From a virus: 33,450 nt of DNA. The translations under genes were made by a program, and so were the position numbers. The notes under the pieces are model-generated. The model made no database searches. It worked only from the letters and a program-made list of their open reading frames with translations, and was not told where the DNA came from. The stretch lies in IMG/VR virus record IMGVR_UViG_3300046747_000461. One strand, given 5' to 3'. Shown here piece after piece: positions 1 through 9,788 of this stretch. The stretch's first letter is position 1. Every line of letters starts with the position of its first letter.

Positions 1-127
1 TTAGAACATGTTTTTAAAATTGCATTGCAATTGCAATTATTTCGTTTGCAATTGCAGAAATTGCACGATTTCTATGAAAACGTAGTATGAATCCTACGAA
101 AATTGCATGAAAGTTGGAATATCGCTC
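1..127. repeat. Left copy of an exact 127-bp terminal direct repeat (identical to 33324..33450)
   Basis: ttagaacatgtttttaaaattgcattgcaattgc...gaatatcgctc read base by base at both ends of the window. This implies a circular contig or a terminal redundancy. Confidence 0.95.
17..107. promoter_or_regulatory. Cluster of TTGCA-core repeats including TTGCAATTGCA palindromes (candidate protein-binding array)
   Basis: AAATTGCA at 17-24, 58-65 and 100-107. TTGCAATTGCA at 25-35 (perfect 12-bp palindrome TTGCAATTGCAA at 25-36) and at 46-56. It lies in a ~585-bp non-coding region that spans the junction. Confidence 0.45.
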
Positions 128-425
128 GGATTTTACCCGCCCAATTTTTCTTTTTTTGTGCTACGTGAAAACTATCGTTCTATTTTAGATAATTAACTTA
201 TTTTGTAAAGTTCATTCTTACAGGCATAAAAGATAGCTGCTATCACAGGAATGGAACCTCTCAGTTTTTGTTATTTCTTGCATTTTTTCCAAGCCCTACT
301 AACCTTAATATTAAGTGGACTTGCTCTGCTTCGCGCTCTGCGTTACGAGGTTAACTTCGCCAGTTAAGGATTATCTGGCCGCGCTCAGCGACACGAGGAT
401 TACCGTCACGGGGAAATAGTGGGTT

Positions 426-1124
426 ATGGAAGACAATGTAGAGAATGCAGTAATGGATACTGCGGCACCTGCAAGCGCTGAAAAGATGCTTACAGCGAGC
501 CAAGTTAATGACATCGTTAAACGGGAAAAGATTCGTGCTGCTGAAAAAGCCCGGCAGGAAGCCGAGGCTGCACATCAGGCAGAATTAGAAAGGATGCGTT
601 CCCAGCCTGGACAGCCAGGGGGAGGTTCACTTGATGTGGCTGCCATTGAGGATAGGGTGTACAACAAGTTCTTAGATGAACTTGCACACCACCGCGATGA
701 GGCAGTGAAGGCGCAGCAAGAAGCGGAGTTAAGAGGCATCGCTGAGCAATATTACCTAAAGATGGGTAAAGGTTCTCAGCTCTTTGATGACTTTAACGAA
801 GTGATGGGCGACTTCGAGCCGGATAAATTCCCAAATGCTGTCATGCTTGCCGCTGGTATGGAACATACGCCAGAGATTATGTATGAACTGGCTAAGAATC
901 CTTCAAAGCTTCAGGAAATTGATGCTTTAGCGACTAAGTCAGATAAACTGGCTAAAAGACAGCTACAAAAACTGTCTCAGTCAATAGAGTCCAATTTACA
1001 AGCCAAAGCAACTGCCGTTAATGCACCAGCTCCTTTGTCACGTCCTAAACCGTCTATGGTAGGCGCGGACAACGGTAAAATGTCGCTGAAGGACTTCAAA
1101 AACGCACCTTGGCTTAGAGGCTAG
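426..1124 (+). CDS. Head scaffolding protein (putative)
   Basis: 232 aa, helical, charged and Ala/Glu/Gln-rich. It sits immediately upstream of the capsid gene and after the portal across the junction, matching the T7 gene 8-9-10 order. Confidence 0.65.
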   Translation: MEDNVENAVMDTAAPASAEKMLTASQVNDIVKREKIRAAEKARQEAEAAHQAELERMRSQPGQPGGGSLDVAAIEDRVYNKFLDELAHHRDEAVKAQQEAELRGIAEQYYLKMGKGSQLFDDFNEVMGDFEPDKFPNAVMLAAGMEHTPEIMYELAKNPSKLQEIDALATKSDKLAKRQLQKLSQSIESNLQAKATAVNAPAPLSRPKPSMVGADNGKMSLKDFKNAPWLRG

Positions 1125-1188
1125 GCGCAAAGTTCCAAGCTATCGTTTCCTCGCCAGGATTAATTCTTAGCGAAAGGAATCACTAGCT

Positions 1189-2436
1189 ATGGCCGTTCCA
1201 GCAAATATTCTACAGCAAGTGCAGACATATCAAATGTCATCACTCGCTTTCTTACAAAACTTAAATTGTTTTGTATCTACAGCAAATACTAAATTTAAAA
1301 ACTTTGAACAACTTATCGGAAACTTAGGTGACACGGTAACATTCGATTTACCTCCAAGAATGACGACCGTTGGTTCTCTAGTTGCAGCTTTCCAACCCGC
1401 AGACCAAAGAGTTCAAGCTCTGAGCTGTCAAAATGCTGTTTCAACTTCTTATGCTTTCACCTCTCAGCAATTCATCTTCAACGTTGAAGATTATATGCAA
1501 CGATTTGGTAAAGCAGCCACACAAGAAATTGGTGCCAAGATTGAAGCCAACATTGCTCAAAATGCTGTAACTCACACATTTAGATTCTTTGGCGATGGCG
1601 TAAACCCAATCAACACCTATACACAATTAGCTAACGCTCTTGCATTGTTCCGTAACTTCGGTTCCGCAACAGGCAAAGCAAAAGGTTACTTAGGCGATAC
1701 GGTTGTACCTAACATCGTAGGAAGCGGCTTAAACCAGTTTGCTTTAGATCGCAATAACAGAATTGCTAATTCATGGGAATTAGGCGAATTCTCAAACTGC
1801 GATTGGTATCAATCAAACTTGTTGCCAATTCATGTATCAGGAAACGTTGGAAATGCAGCAACAGTATTGACGGTTACTGGATTCACGCAAAATGGTCCAG
1901 ACAACTCAATTGATACAATTTCGTTTGGTGGCGCTACAGCCAATGACGCTAATGCAATTCTATTGAACGATAAAATTCAATTTAGCGATGGTGTAGCAGG
2001 GCAACCCAATCTTCGTTACAGAACATTTATAGGCCATGAAGTTTCTGCTAACTCTGTGCAGGTAAGAGCATTAGCAAATGTTGGCGCTACCGCTGGCGGC
2101 GTTGTAACTATACCTATTTTCCCGTTCCTACAAGCTGCGCCAACAAATGCACAAAATTTAAATGTGCAGGTAGCTATAGGCATGCAGGCTAAAGTACTTC
2201 CAAGCCATCGCGCTGGGTTAATAACCGCTGGGGATCCCTTGTTCTTGGCGATGCCAAGACTACCAGATCAAATACCGTTCCCAACTGCCAATGAAAACGA
2301 TCCTGAAACGGGCGTTTCCTTACGTATGTACTACGGTACTTTGTTTGGTCAAAACCAAATGGGCATGATACATGATGCAATTTGGGGATCGACTTTGGTC
2401 GATGAGTACGCCTTGGCGTTAATTTTCCCATTGTAG
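1189..2436 (+). CDS. Major capsid protein (putative)
   Basis: 415 aa, RBS AAAGGAA, follows the scaffold gene and is followed by a stem-loop. Size and position are typical of an HK97-fold coat protein. Confidence 0.75.
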   Translation: MAVPANILQQVQTYQMSSLAFLQNLNCFVSTANTKFKNFEQLIGNLGDTVTFDLPPRMTTVGSLVAAFQPADQRVQALSCQNAVSTSYAFTSQQFIFNVEDYMQRFGKAATQEIGAKIEANIAQNAVTHTFRFFGDGVNPINTYTQLANALALFRNFGSATGKAKGYLGDTVVPNIVGSGLNQFALDRNNRIANSWELGEFSNCDWYQSNLLPIHVSGNVGNAATVLTVTGFTQNGPDNSIDTISFGGATANDANAILLNDKIQFSDGVAGQPNLRYRTFIGHEVSANSVQVRALANVGATAGGVVTIPIFPFLQAAPTNAQNLNVQVAIGMQAKVLPSHRAGLITAGDPLFLAMPRLPDQIPFPTANENDPETGVSLRMYYGTLFGQNQMGMIHDAIWGSTLVDEYALALIFPL

Positions 2437-2442
2437 TGAACT

Positions 2443-2468
2443 AGGGGGCCTTCGGGCTCCCTCTTTGC
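2443..2468 (+). terminator. Stem-loop/attenuator after the capsid gene
   Basis: AGGGGGCC-TTCG-GGCTCCCT (8-bp stem with one G-U pair, TTCG tetraloop) followed by CTTTGC. The U-tract is weak. Confidence 0.45.
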
Positions 2469-2492
2469 AACCTTAATGAAAGGATTAAATAT

Positions 2493-3335
2493 ATGACACT
2501 GCGATTACCCTTAGCCCCAATGAAAAACTTGGGTAACTTATTTGTAAATGGTGGCAATCTACTTTTCTTAGATACCACTCATGTTCTTGTAACTCCAGGC
2601 GCATTTCGTGATTCAACCGATGTCAATGACATTATTTTGAGGCCAACAATTACGCAAGCAAATGCAACACTGACTGGAAATCCAAACGAACTAGTTATAG
2701 ATGCGAATGCACCTAACACCACTATTAGCGTTAGAAACAATGGCGTAAATGGTTTAGACGTTGGTGTTCTCGCTGCAAATAGTTATTACAATGTGTTTGT
2801 TATTGGTAGCTCTACGGCAGGCGATGTTGGTGGGTTCGAATTTGTGCCAGTAGCATGTTTGTTATCTTTAAGCGCAACCAATCCCGCTTTACCTGTTGGT
2901 TATGATATGTTCAGACGTGTAGGAACAATTAGAACTGACGCTACGGCAGCTCCAAATACTTTAGTATTAGGATTTACACAAACAGGCGTTACACAATCAC
3001 GCACTATGTGGTACAACACAGCAATCGAGGTGAAAGCAGTCGGATTTGCTGCTGCCTTCACTGCACAGAATATTAGTGCTGCTGTTCCGGCTCTAGCAAC
3101 AGATGTAAATTTTGAAGTGCGATTGACGCCTAATGCCGCAGGTAATTTTGTTGCAATAAGACCCACTGGATCGGCTTCGGCTGTCGGTACTGCTCTAATG
3201 AGTGGTTCTGCTGCCGGTGTGTTGAAAATTGATGATATTCGTTGTCCTTGCAATGCTACACCTAGCATTGACTGGAAAACCGATGCAGCATCAAACGTAA
3301 CTTTAAATGTTATATCTTACGTAGATCAGTTATAA
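2493..3335 (+). CDS. Virion structural protein, function unknown
   Basis: 280 aa, RBS AAAGGA, located between the capsid and adaptor-like genes. Beta-rich, Thr/Asn/Ala/Val composition. Confidence 0.6.
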   Translation: MTLRLPLAPMKNLGNLFVNGGNLLFLDTTHVLVTPGAFRDSTDVNDIILRPTITQANATLTGNPNELVIDANAPNTTISVRNNGVNGLDVGVLAANSYYNVFVIGSSTAGDVGGFEFVPVACLLSLSATNPALPVGYDMFRRVGTIRTDATAAPNTLVLGFTQTGVTQSRTMWYNTAIEVKAVGFAAAFTAQNISAAVPALATDVNFEVRLTPNAAGNFVAIRPTGSASAVGTALMSGSAAGVLKIDDIRCPCNATPSIDWKTDAASNVTLNVISYVDQL

Positions 3336-3344
3336 GGGCAGTCG

Positions 3345-4391
3345 ATGACTTACCCCGTCACAAAGCTGATAAATGAGGCTTTCTATACCTCTGGTATAGT
3401 CTCGCGTCAGTTTCAGACAGTGGCGGGGGACCAATTTGAGGTTGGCCTTGATAAGCTAAACGAAATATTATCTGATACGGCGATTGAAGAGGATATGATT
3501 CCTTATTTCAATTCTTCGTATCAGTTTAATGCCGTTGCTGGACAAGAAAAGTACTTCATTCCGAATCTATCCGAGGCTGAGACTTTAACCTTCTTCATTC
3601 AGTCAATACGTTATCAAATGCGCAAGAATCCTAGAGACCAATATTTTGGAACAGGAAGAACGCAGAACGTATTGTCTTTACCGTTTAATTGGCATTGTGA
3701 AAGAACACTGGGGGGATCTAATCTATTTATTTATTTCTTTCCTGATATTAATTACCCAATGGAGTTGACGGGTTTATTTAGGTTACAAAGTGTAACTGCG
3801 TCTCAAGACTTATCCGTAAACACTACACAAGGTAATTTGGGTATACCGACAATTGTATATACCGCACCCGTACCACCACCTCCCAGAAACTTTGTTATTC
3901 AGCCTGGACAGCTTGTGATTAATGGCTTTGATTTACAAGGTGCATATGCAGATACCAACGCCTTGGTTGCTTTCATAAACACCGGTGTAATCAATCATGT
4001 AACAGCCGGCATCTTCGGATTAGAATTTATTTTAACTAATTCATTTGGTGAAAATATTGTTGTAGAAACAGCGGGCGTAAATCCAGGAATAGATAATATT
4101 ACTTTCTCAAACTTTAGTACCCGCAATGGACCTTTTAATTTAACTTTCTTCCCCTCAGGATTAGACCAGTATTATATCAACTACTTACAATACCGATTAG
4201 CTGAACGATTATGTACTGCCTATAACTTTGTTCCTCCGCAAGGGATGATTAAACAACTTTTACAATACACGCAAATGATATCTAAGCGCTCTAGCCCAAT
4301 GGACTTGACCATTAATAAAATTAGTACGATAACAAATAAGAGTTCGATTAATTACGGACAGGTGAATCTCGGTAAAGGGTGGACAGTTTAA
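3345..4391 (+). CDS. Tail tubular protein A / adaptor-like protein (putative)
   Basis: 348 aa. N-terminus LINEAFYTSGIVSRQFQTVAGDQFEVGLDKLNEIL resembles, from memory, the T7 gp11 N-terminal pattern (VNDILASIGE...ARRILNKINRQIQ). The syntenic position also matches. Confidence 0.5.
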   Translation: MTYPVTKLINEAFYTSGIVSRQFQTVAGDQFEVGLDKLNEILSDTAIEEDMIPYFNSSYQFNAVAGQEKYFIPNLSEAETLTFFIQSIRYQMRKNPRDQYFGTGRTQNVLSLPFNWHCERTLGGSNLFIYFFPDINYPMELTGLFRLQSVTASQDLSVNTTQGNLGIPTIVYTAPVPPPPRNFVIQPGQLVINGFDLQGAYADTNALVAFINTGVINHVTAGIFGLEFILTNSFGENIVVETAGVNPGIDNITFSNFSTRNGPFNLTFFPSGLDQYYINYLQYRLAERLCTAYNFVPPQGMIKQLLQYTQMISKRSSPMDLTINKISTITNKSSINYGQVNLGKGWTV

Positions 4392-4403
4392 TAACTTATA
4401 TGA

Positions 4404-6032
4404 GTGAACATGAGAAAGACCGCAGGAGAAGCAAAGCAAGAGAAAGTCAACGTAGTTGGGTCTAGCACCTTTGGTCGTTATAATAAAATATCCTCCGCCA
4501 CTACCGTCAATATGTTTATCACCGATAAATGGATATGCAATACCGCAGGCTATCAGCGTATCTTAGAATTTGTAGCAGGGGGAGAAGGAAGAGGGCTGTT
4601 CACAAGTATCCGAGGTAATTTCCTACTAGCAGTCGTTGGCCAAGGTGTCTATAGGATTGAAACAAATCTAACAATAACATTCATTGGTAACTTAGTAACT
4701 GCGGTCGGCGAAGTATTTATGGATGAGAATTTAAACTCTCAGATATGCTTGGTCGATGGACTGAATGCCTATATCTACAATCATTCTCTTCTGCCCAACA
4801 TAACAATTCAAGGTGGACTCGGAACACTGATACCAAATTACGTCGAATACCATAATACTTTCTTTCTATTTGGTAACGGCAATAGAACGCCTAACGGTTC
4901 AGCGTGGTATGCATTTTCTTTTGCTACACCCACCACTATTGCTCTCACAACTCAATTTGCATTACAAACAAAACCTGATTACGCAATAGCGATTATGAGG
5001 CTGCCCGGACAGGGAAATAATATTTTAGTTTTTGGTACCGCTGTTTGTGAAATATGGACGCAAGTCGGTGGAACACAAAACTACTTAAGAAACTCCACAA
5101 TCAACATAGACTATGGTTGCATATCCGTATCAACCATTGATGCTTCCGATAAGTATATTGCATGGCTTGGAGTAAATGAAAACAATGCTCCTGTTATATT
5201 GGTTTATACTGGTCAAACCTTCTCTCCAATATCTACAGATGGCATCGATTACAAATTAGCTAACGTCAAGTTTCCAGGTCAATCTACAGCCATGTTTTAT
5301 CGCCAAGACGGCCATCTTTTCTACCAATTAACCTTTTTTAATCCTGCTGATAATTTAACGCTAATTTACGACTTTACAACCGAAATGTTCTTTAATCTGA
5401 CAGATTTTGAATTAAACTTTCACCCAGCTAGACAGTATGCTTATTTTAACTTAAAGACTTATTTCTTGTCCCTTAATAATGCCTCACTCTATCAATCATC
5501 CACAGATTTTACGACCTATAATGAAAATCTACCCACTAATCCTAATCCAGACCCTAACCTTAATCGAACCATCCAGCGCATTAGGATTACAGATACAATC
5601 CGAGCCCTAGACTCTAGCGGCTTTAGAGCCAATACCTTTGTTTTTACGATAGAGCAGGGTAATGATCCCCTAGTCTCAGGTGTGTCGTTATTGAACAACG
5701 AGAATCTATTGATAACCGAGGACCTTTTTGCCCCTCCTCTAGACGTAATCTATACTGAATTTGATATCCCTATTGCAGATGAAACCTCAGGGTTGGGAAT
5801 TCCTCTTGGAGATTTACCGCCGCCTTATCAGCCTAGAGTAGATTTAAGTATCTCTAGGGACGGAGGCATTACTTGGAGCAATACTGTGGCAAGATATTTA
5901 AACCCAGTTGCAATTCGACAGAATATTATTAATTGGGAGAATATGGGAACTTGCAATAGCCTAACACTTAAACTTAGGTTTTGGGGATTAGATCGTTTTG
6001 TGGCATACGATGGCGTAGCGGAACTGTACTAA
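4404..6032 (+). CDS. Tail tubular protein B / nozzle-like protein (putative)
   Basis: 542 aa, follows the adaptor-like gene as in T7 gp11-gp12. The start is GTG at 4404 or ATG at 4410. Confidence 0.5.
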   Translation: MNMRKTAGEAKQEKVNVVGSSTFGRYNKISSATTVNMFITDKWICNTAGYQRILEFVAGGEGRGLFTSIRGNFLLAVVGQGVYRIETNLTITFIGNLVTAVGEVFMDENLNSQICLVDGLNAYIYNHSLLPNITIQGGLGTLIPNYVEYHNTFFLFGNGNRTPNGSAWYAFSFATPTTIALTTQFALQTKPDYAIAIMRLPGQGNNILVFGTAVCEIWTQVGGTQNYLRNSTINIDYGCISVSTIDASDKYIAWLGVNENNAPVILVYTGQTFSPISTDGIDYKLANVKFPGQSTAMFYRQDGHLFYQLTFFNPADNLTLIYDFTTEMFFNLTDFELNFHPARQYAYFNLKTYFLSLNNASLYQSSTDFTTYNENLPTNPNPDPNLNRTIQRIRITDTIRALDSSGFRANTFVFTIEQGNDPLVSGVSLLNNENLLITEDLFAPPLDVIYTEFDIPIADETSGLGIPLGDLPPPYQPRVDLSISRDGGITWSNTVARYLNPVAIRQNIINWENMGTCNSLTLKLRFWGLDRFVAYDGVAELY

Positions 6033-6298
6033 TGGCAACACAAGAACCAATTACTATCCCAACGTATATCAAGAATGGTAACCAGGAAAATTATAATCAA
6101 CAGCTAAATCAAACGCTGAGATTTATATTGGATACAAAAGATGGGTTTTATATGCCATCTTTATCGAATGCTGATGTAGCGGCTATGCTGGCTTTAGTGC
6201 CTGCAGTTCAACCATGTCGCTTTTGGTTTAACACGGATTTAGGAAAAATGCAGCTATTAGTTGCTGTAGGAACCGTCGAAACGGTAACTAGTGTTTAG
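6032..6298 (+). CDS. Small virion-module protein (hypothetical)
   Basis: 88 aa from ATG 6032, which overlaps the upstream TAA (TAATG coupling). The longer ORF-track start at 5981 lies inside the previous gene. Confidence 0.55.
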   Translation: MATQEPITIPTYIKNGNQENYNQQLNQTLRFILDTKDGFYMPSLSNADVAAMLALVPAVQPCRFWFNTDLGKMQLLVAVGTVETVTSV

Positions 6299-6310
6299 GG
6301 AGATTTATTT

Positions 6311-7171
6311 ATGTTTGGTAGCTTAGGAAGAATGCTGGGGGTTTCCAGGCCTAAAAGAAGCAGCAATCCATATAACGCAGCTATGCCTTATTTAGAGCAA
6401 GTTCCTCAAGTTGCCAGCCAACACCTTGCGCCTTATGCAAATGAGCCGCAACAGTACACCCCTGGGTACATGAATGATTTATATCAAAACATGTACAACG
6501 AGTATTTACCCTATCAACGTGCTCCTGAAAATTTCTATTACAATGAGTTTCCGAAAGAATATAACCAAATGGGTTCAAATCCTCAAGCATTTTTAGACAA
6601 GATGCAACGCGGATATACACCTTCTGAAGGCTATCAATACAAACAAAGAAAAATGTTAGACGCTATGCGTAATTCTGCTGCCTCCGGTGGTTTTGCTGGA
6701 ACCAGGACAGACCAAGAAGCTCAAGCTAATACTGTTCGTGGCTTACTAGGAGAGGACCAGCAACAATACTTACAAAACCTATTTGGATTACAAGGAGCAG
6801 GCCTTGGCGGTCTCGAACGTATGATCTCCGGTAGAGAACGAGGAAGAGTTAGAGAAGACGAACTCAGGCAAAGAGAAAGAGAAGGTAGAACTCTTGCGCT
6901 TCGCGAACGAGCCCTAGGAGAACAACAAAGAGAGTCTGAAAGAGCTAATAGGGCATTTCAAGCAGCCGAAGGTATGGCAGGCGTTGGCACTGCAAATCTT
7001 GGACAATTGGGTAACTTTAGTGCTATGGCTCGCCGGCAGCGCAATTTAGATACCGATACCAGAAATCAAAATGTTCGAAATATATTAGGAACTTTATTAG
7101 GAAGCGCAATTGGTGGTGGCGGCGGTATGGGCGGAGGCGGTGGCCTTCCTAGTGGCGGCCTTGGATTCTAG
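6311..7171 (+). CDS. Internal virion/ejection protein candidate with low-complexity segments
   Basis: 286 aa, RBS GGGAGA. It has a Tyr/Gln/Asn-rich N-terminal part, an Arg/Glu-rich coil and a poly-Gly C-terminus (GGGGGMGGGGGLPSGGLGF). The position is equivalent to T7 gp13-16. Confidence 0.5.
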   Translation: MFGSLGRMLGVSRPKRSSNPYNAAMPYLEQVPQVASQHLAPYANEPQQYTPGYMNDLYQNMYNEYLPYQRAPENFYYNEFPKEYNQMGSNPQAFLDKMQRGYTPSEGYQYKQRKMLDAMRNSAASGGFAGTRTDQEAQANTVRGLLGEDQQQYLQNLFGLQGAGLGGLERMISGRERGRVREDELRQREREGRTLALRERALGEQQRESERANRAFQAAEGMAGVGTANLGQLGNFSAMARRQRNLDTDTRNQNVRNILGTLLGSAIGGGGGMGGGGGLPSGGLGF

Positions 7172-7182
7172 GAGTAAATAAT

Positions 7183-8283
7183 ATGCCAATAAGCTTACAA
7201 ACTATTGACCCCACACGGATCCCGCTTCAAGAAACCGGAAAAGATGCATTCGGTGATATCCTGCGCGGCTATAAGATGTCAAAAGTGCCTGGAGCTTTAG
7301 AACGAAAGAAACAACAAGAGCTGTTTAAGAATAGATTGTTAGGGGAAGAATCTAAGCTTGCTGGACCGCTGGCGCAGGCTAAATTAAATTATATGCAGAG
7401 ACACGGAGTACCGCATGAGCAATTATTATCTAATTTTATTCATGGTTCTGATACTCAAGAATCAAAAGACTTTGCTAGATTTCTTGCGCAAGGGAAAGTT
7501 AACCCTTCGGAAATAACTGCCGCAGAATATTTAAAAGGAGCTGGTACACCAGAATCAAAACAATTGGCTGAACAGATGTTTTTAAATAAAAACACAAAAT
7601 TGGGGAAAGGAGCTAATCAGCCACAGATTTTAAAGTTAATGGAAAAAAGAAATGAATTAGCTTTGGAAAAGGGAGAAAACGATCCTGAGGTTCAGGCAAT
7701 AGATGATGTTATTAGCAAACAAAGAGGTACTGCAGCAACCGGAACGACAAGAACAAGATTGCAGCAAGCCGATCTAGCAAACATTCAGAGAAAATATTTA
7801 TCTTCAAATGAGCAGCCATATTACGGTGAAGGGAGCATAAGAAATGTTAGAAGGGATATTAACAGATATAAAGTTACGAAAGATCCAGATGAAAAAAAAC
7901 GATTATTTGAAAAACTTACAAAATCTGGAGCAGCCGTAAAAATATTGCCTGAATACGCAGTGACGCAATTATTAGGGATGGGAAGTGGTAAACCGTCAGA
8001 AGCTGCCATAATGAGACAGGAAAAGGCATTGTCTATGGGGTGGCCTGAGACATTGCAATTTGAAATGAATAATGTACCGTCTGAAATAATTGAAGGAATA
8101 AACAAAAGACATAATCAATATCAGTCCGATTTAACAAATCTGGCCACTAAAAAAGTAGAGAAGGGTTTCCGAGAATATGGTTTGTCAAATGAAGATAAAG
8201 AAATGATAGAAATAAAAAATAAAAACACAGGCGAAACAAAAATGGTTACAAAAGAAGAAGCACAAAAGCTTGGAGCTATATAA
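7183..8283 (+). CDS. Internal virion/ejection protein candidate
   Basis: 366 aa, RBS AGGAG, Lys/Glu-rich and helical. Assigned by synteny. Confidence 0.5.
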   Translation: MPISLQTIDPTRIPLQETGKDAFGDILRGYKMSKVPGALERKKQQELFKNRLLGEESKLAGPLAQAKLNYMQRHGVPHEQLLSNFIHGSDTQESKDFARFLAQGKVNPSEITAAEYLKGAGTPESKQLAEQMFLNKNTKLGKGANQPQILKLMEKRNELALEKGENDPEVQAIDDVISKQRGTAATGTTRTRLQQADLANIQRKYLSSNEQPYYGEGSIRNVRRDINRYKVTKDPDEKKRLFEKLTKSGAAVKILPEYAVTQLLGMGSGKPSEAAIMRQEKALSMGWPETLQFEMNNVPSEIIEGINKRHNQYQSDLTNLATKKVEKGFREYGLSNEDKEMIEIKNKNTGETKMVTKEEAQKLGAI

Positions 8284-9633
8284 ATGAGTGACTGGGAAGT
8301 AGTTAAAAGGCCGCAAAAAGAAAATGTATGGGAGGTGGCCAGCCAACCTGACTCCTCTACAACTGGTGAAATTTCAAATAATTTTGATTATTCTCGCGGT
8401 CAAAATGAAGCGATGAACCCATTCGCCGCTGCTTTAGCTAAGCATACCGTTAAGCATCCCATGTTATCTAAAGGAATTAGAGGGTTAGCTGAATATGCAG
8501 CCCCAGTTAATGAGTTTATCGAAAGTGCTTTACTACCTGATATCTCTCGTGGATTTTTACAGGGCATAGGAAACACCGGAATATCTATAGCCAATATGCC
8601 TGCCTCTCTAATTGATAAGTTAACGGGCTTAAATACAAAGACTCCTCATTTAGATTTAAGCGCTTATTCTTCTGGAAGACCCGGGGCAGAATATGCGGCT
8701 GATGTAGGTGAATTTGGAGGAAAATTAATTCCTGGGATGGGTTTAGTTGGTGCTTTAAATAAATTAGGAAGGCCTGGTGGATATGCTGGAATAGGATCGG
8801 ATATATTGAAAGGGGCCGGAGCTGGATATGCATTGGGAGAGGATGAAGAAGGAAATCGTGGGCTAGCGTCTGCTTTTGGAGGAATTTTAGGTGGGATTCA
8901 AGGCGTATCTAGCAAGGCCATCGCCAATCGTTTTTCTAAAGATAGATCTAATATTAAAACAAAATATAATAAAACATACGAAAATATTCTAAGCCAGGGA
9001 GAAAAGGCTGGAGTTAAAAGAGTTCCAGTTCCAGAAGAGCATAATTTGGGATATATTTTGAGAGGCGCAGATAGAAAAATGACTATTCCAATAGAAAAAT
9101 ATTTTCAACATCCAACATTAAGGAATGCTCAATCTGCCCAAAGCGCGGCAGGAAAAATTGCTTCAAAAATAGAGCGATCCGCTAGAAATAGGCCTGAAGG
9201 TTTCTTGGATGTTGAATCAAAGGCAATTGATGCTTCGAAAGATCTCCAAAGAAAAATTAGGTCTGGAATAGTTGATCAATTAGATAAAAGCAGTAAACCA
9301 GCCTTAGGAAAAAAATATTTAAAGACCACAGAAGGTTATGGTCGCGATGTTGTGCCATACGATAATTCCGCTGCCTATGATTATTCTGATGCACTTAAAA
9401 TTTTTAAAAAAAGCAAACATGGCAAACTTGGTCCTGCTGAAAAAAAACTTGTAGATTCATTGAGGGGTGATGTAGAGTTTCAGGCAGCATATGGTAACTT
9501 ATACCCAGAATTAGGAATAAACAAATTTACTCGAAATCTTACATTACCACGGGCGGTTGGCCTAGGAATTACAGGAGGTGCTGGATATGCTGGAAGACAC
9601 GAATTAAAGGATTTTCTAAAGAGGAATTTTTAA
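8284..9633 (+). CDS. Internal virion/ejection protein candidate
   Basis: 449 aa, translationally coupled (TAAATG), with Gly-rich segments. It is the last + strand gene before antisense island 1. Confidence 0.5.
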   Translation: MSDWEVVKRPQKENVWEVASQPDSSTTGEISNNFDYSRGQNEAMNPFAAALAKHTVKHPMLSKGIRGLAEYAAPVNEFIESALLPDISRGFLQGIGNTGISIANMPASLIDKLTGLNTKTPHLDLSAYSSGRPGAEYAADVGEFGGKLIPGMGLVGALNKLGRPGGYAGIGSDILKGAGAGYALGEDEEGNRGLASAFGGILGGIQGVSSKAIANRFSKDRSNIKTKYNKTYENILSQGEKAGVKRVPVPEEHNLGYILRGADRKMTIPIEKYFQHPTLRNAQSAQSAAGKIASKIERSARNRPEGFLDVESKAIDASKDLQRKIRSGIVDQLDKSSKPALGKKYLKTTEGYGRDVVPYDNSAAYDYSDALKIFKKSKHGKLGPAEKKLVDSLRGDVEFQAAYGNLYPELGINKFTRNLTLPRAVGLGITGGAGYAGRHELKDFLKRNF

Positions 9634-9764
9634 TCAAGGTCATCTAATATAATATCTTCATACGATGCCCTATCATCAATACTATTATCCCAAATATCTT
9701 GTATTATACAACCTATAATCCACCCGATGAATGCGCAAACTATAACTATTATAATATCAAACAT
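9630..9764 (-). CDS. 44-aa membrane mini-protein (TM helix plus acidic tail)
   Basis: Below the ORF-track size cutoff. MFDIIIVIVCAFIGWIIGCIIQDIWDNSIDDRASYEDIILDDLD. RBS GGAGGAG. It shares an identical 19-nt 5' region with the next gene upstream. Confidence 0.55.
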   Translation of the reverse strand: MFDIIIVIVCAFIGWIIGCIIQDIWDNSIDDRASYEDIILDDLD

Positions 9765-9780
9765 ATCTATCTCCTCCTAC
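9762..9780 (-). repeat. 19-nt repeated translation-initiation region (copy 1; copy 2 at 10032..10050)
   Basis: catatctatctcctcctac is identical at both sites. On the minus strand it reads GTAGGAGGAGATAGATATG. Confidence 0.9.
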
Positions 9781-9788
9781 ATTTGTTG

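Noticed and set aside
351-575. 74-aa minus-strand ORF overlapping the scaffold gene start. Other short shadow ORFs occur at 1441..1626, 2189..2431, 5516..5698, 6381..6620, 7821..8105, 8400..8833, 29235..29477, 29950..30548 and 31534..31752.
   Set aside because: All lie inside longer, syntenically sensible + strand genes and lack translation signals.
2900-3268. 122-aa minus-strand ORF inside the 2493..3335 gene
   Set aside because: It lies entirely antisense within a well-supported + strand structural gene, has no RBS, and its Ala/Val-rich composition is typical of the shadow frame of a GC-balanced gene.
5981-6031. Upstream extension of ORF 5981..6298 overlapping the nozzle-like gene, considered as a possible programmed frameshift product
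   Set aside because: No slippery heptamer was seen. ATG 6032 overlaps the upstream stop (TAATG), which gives a normal coupled start.
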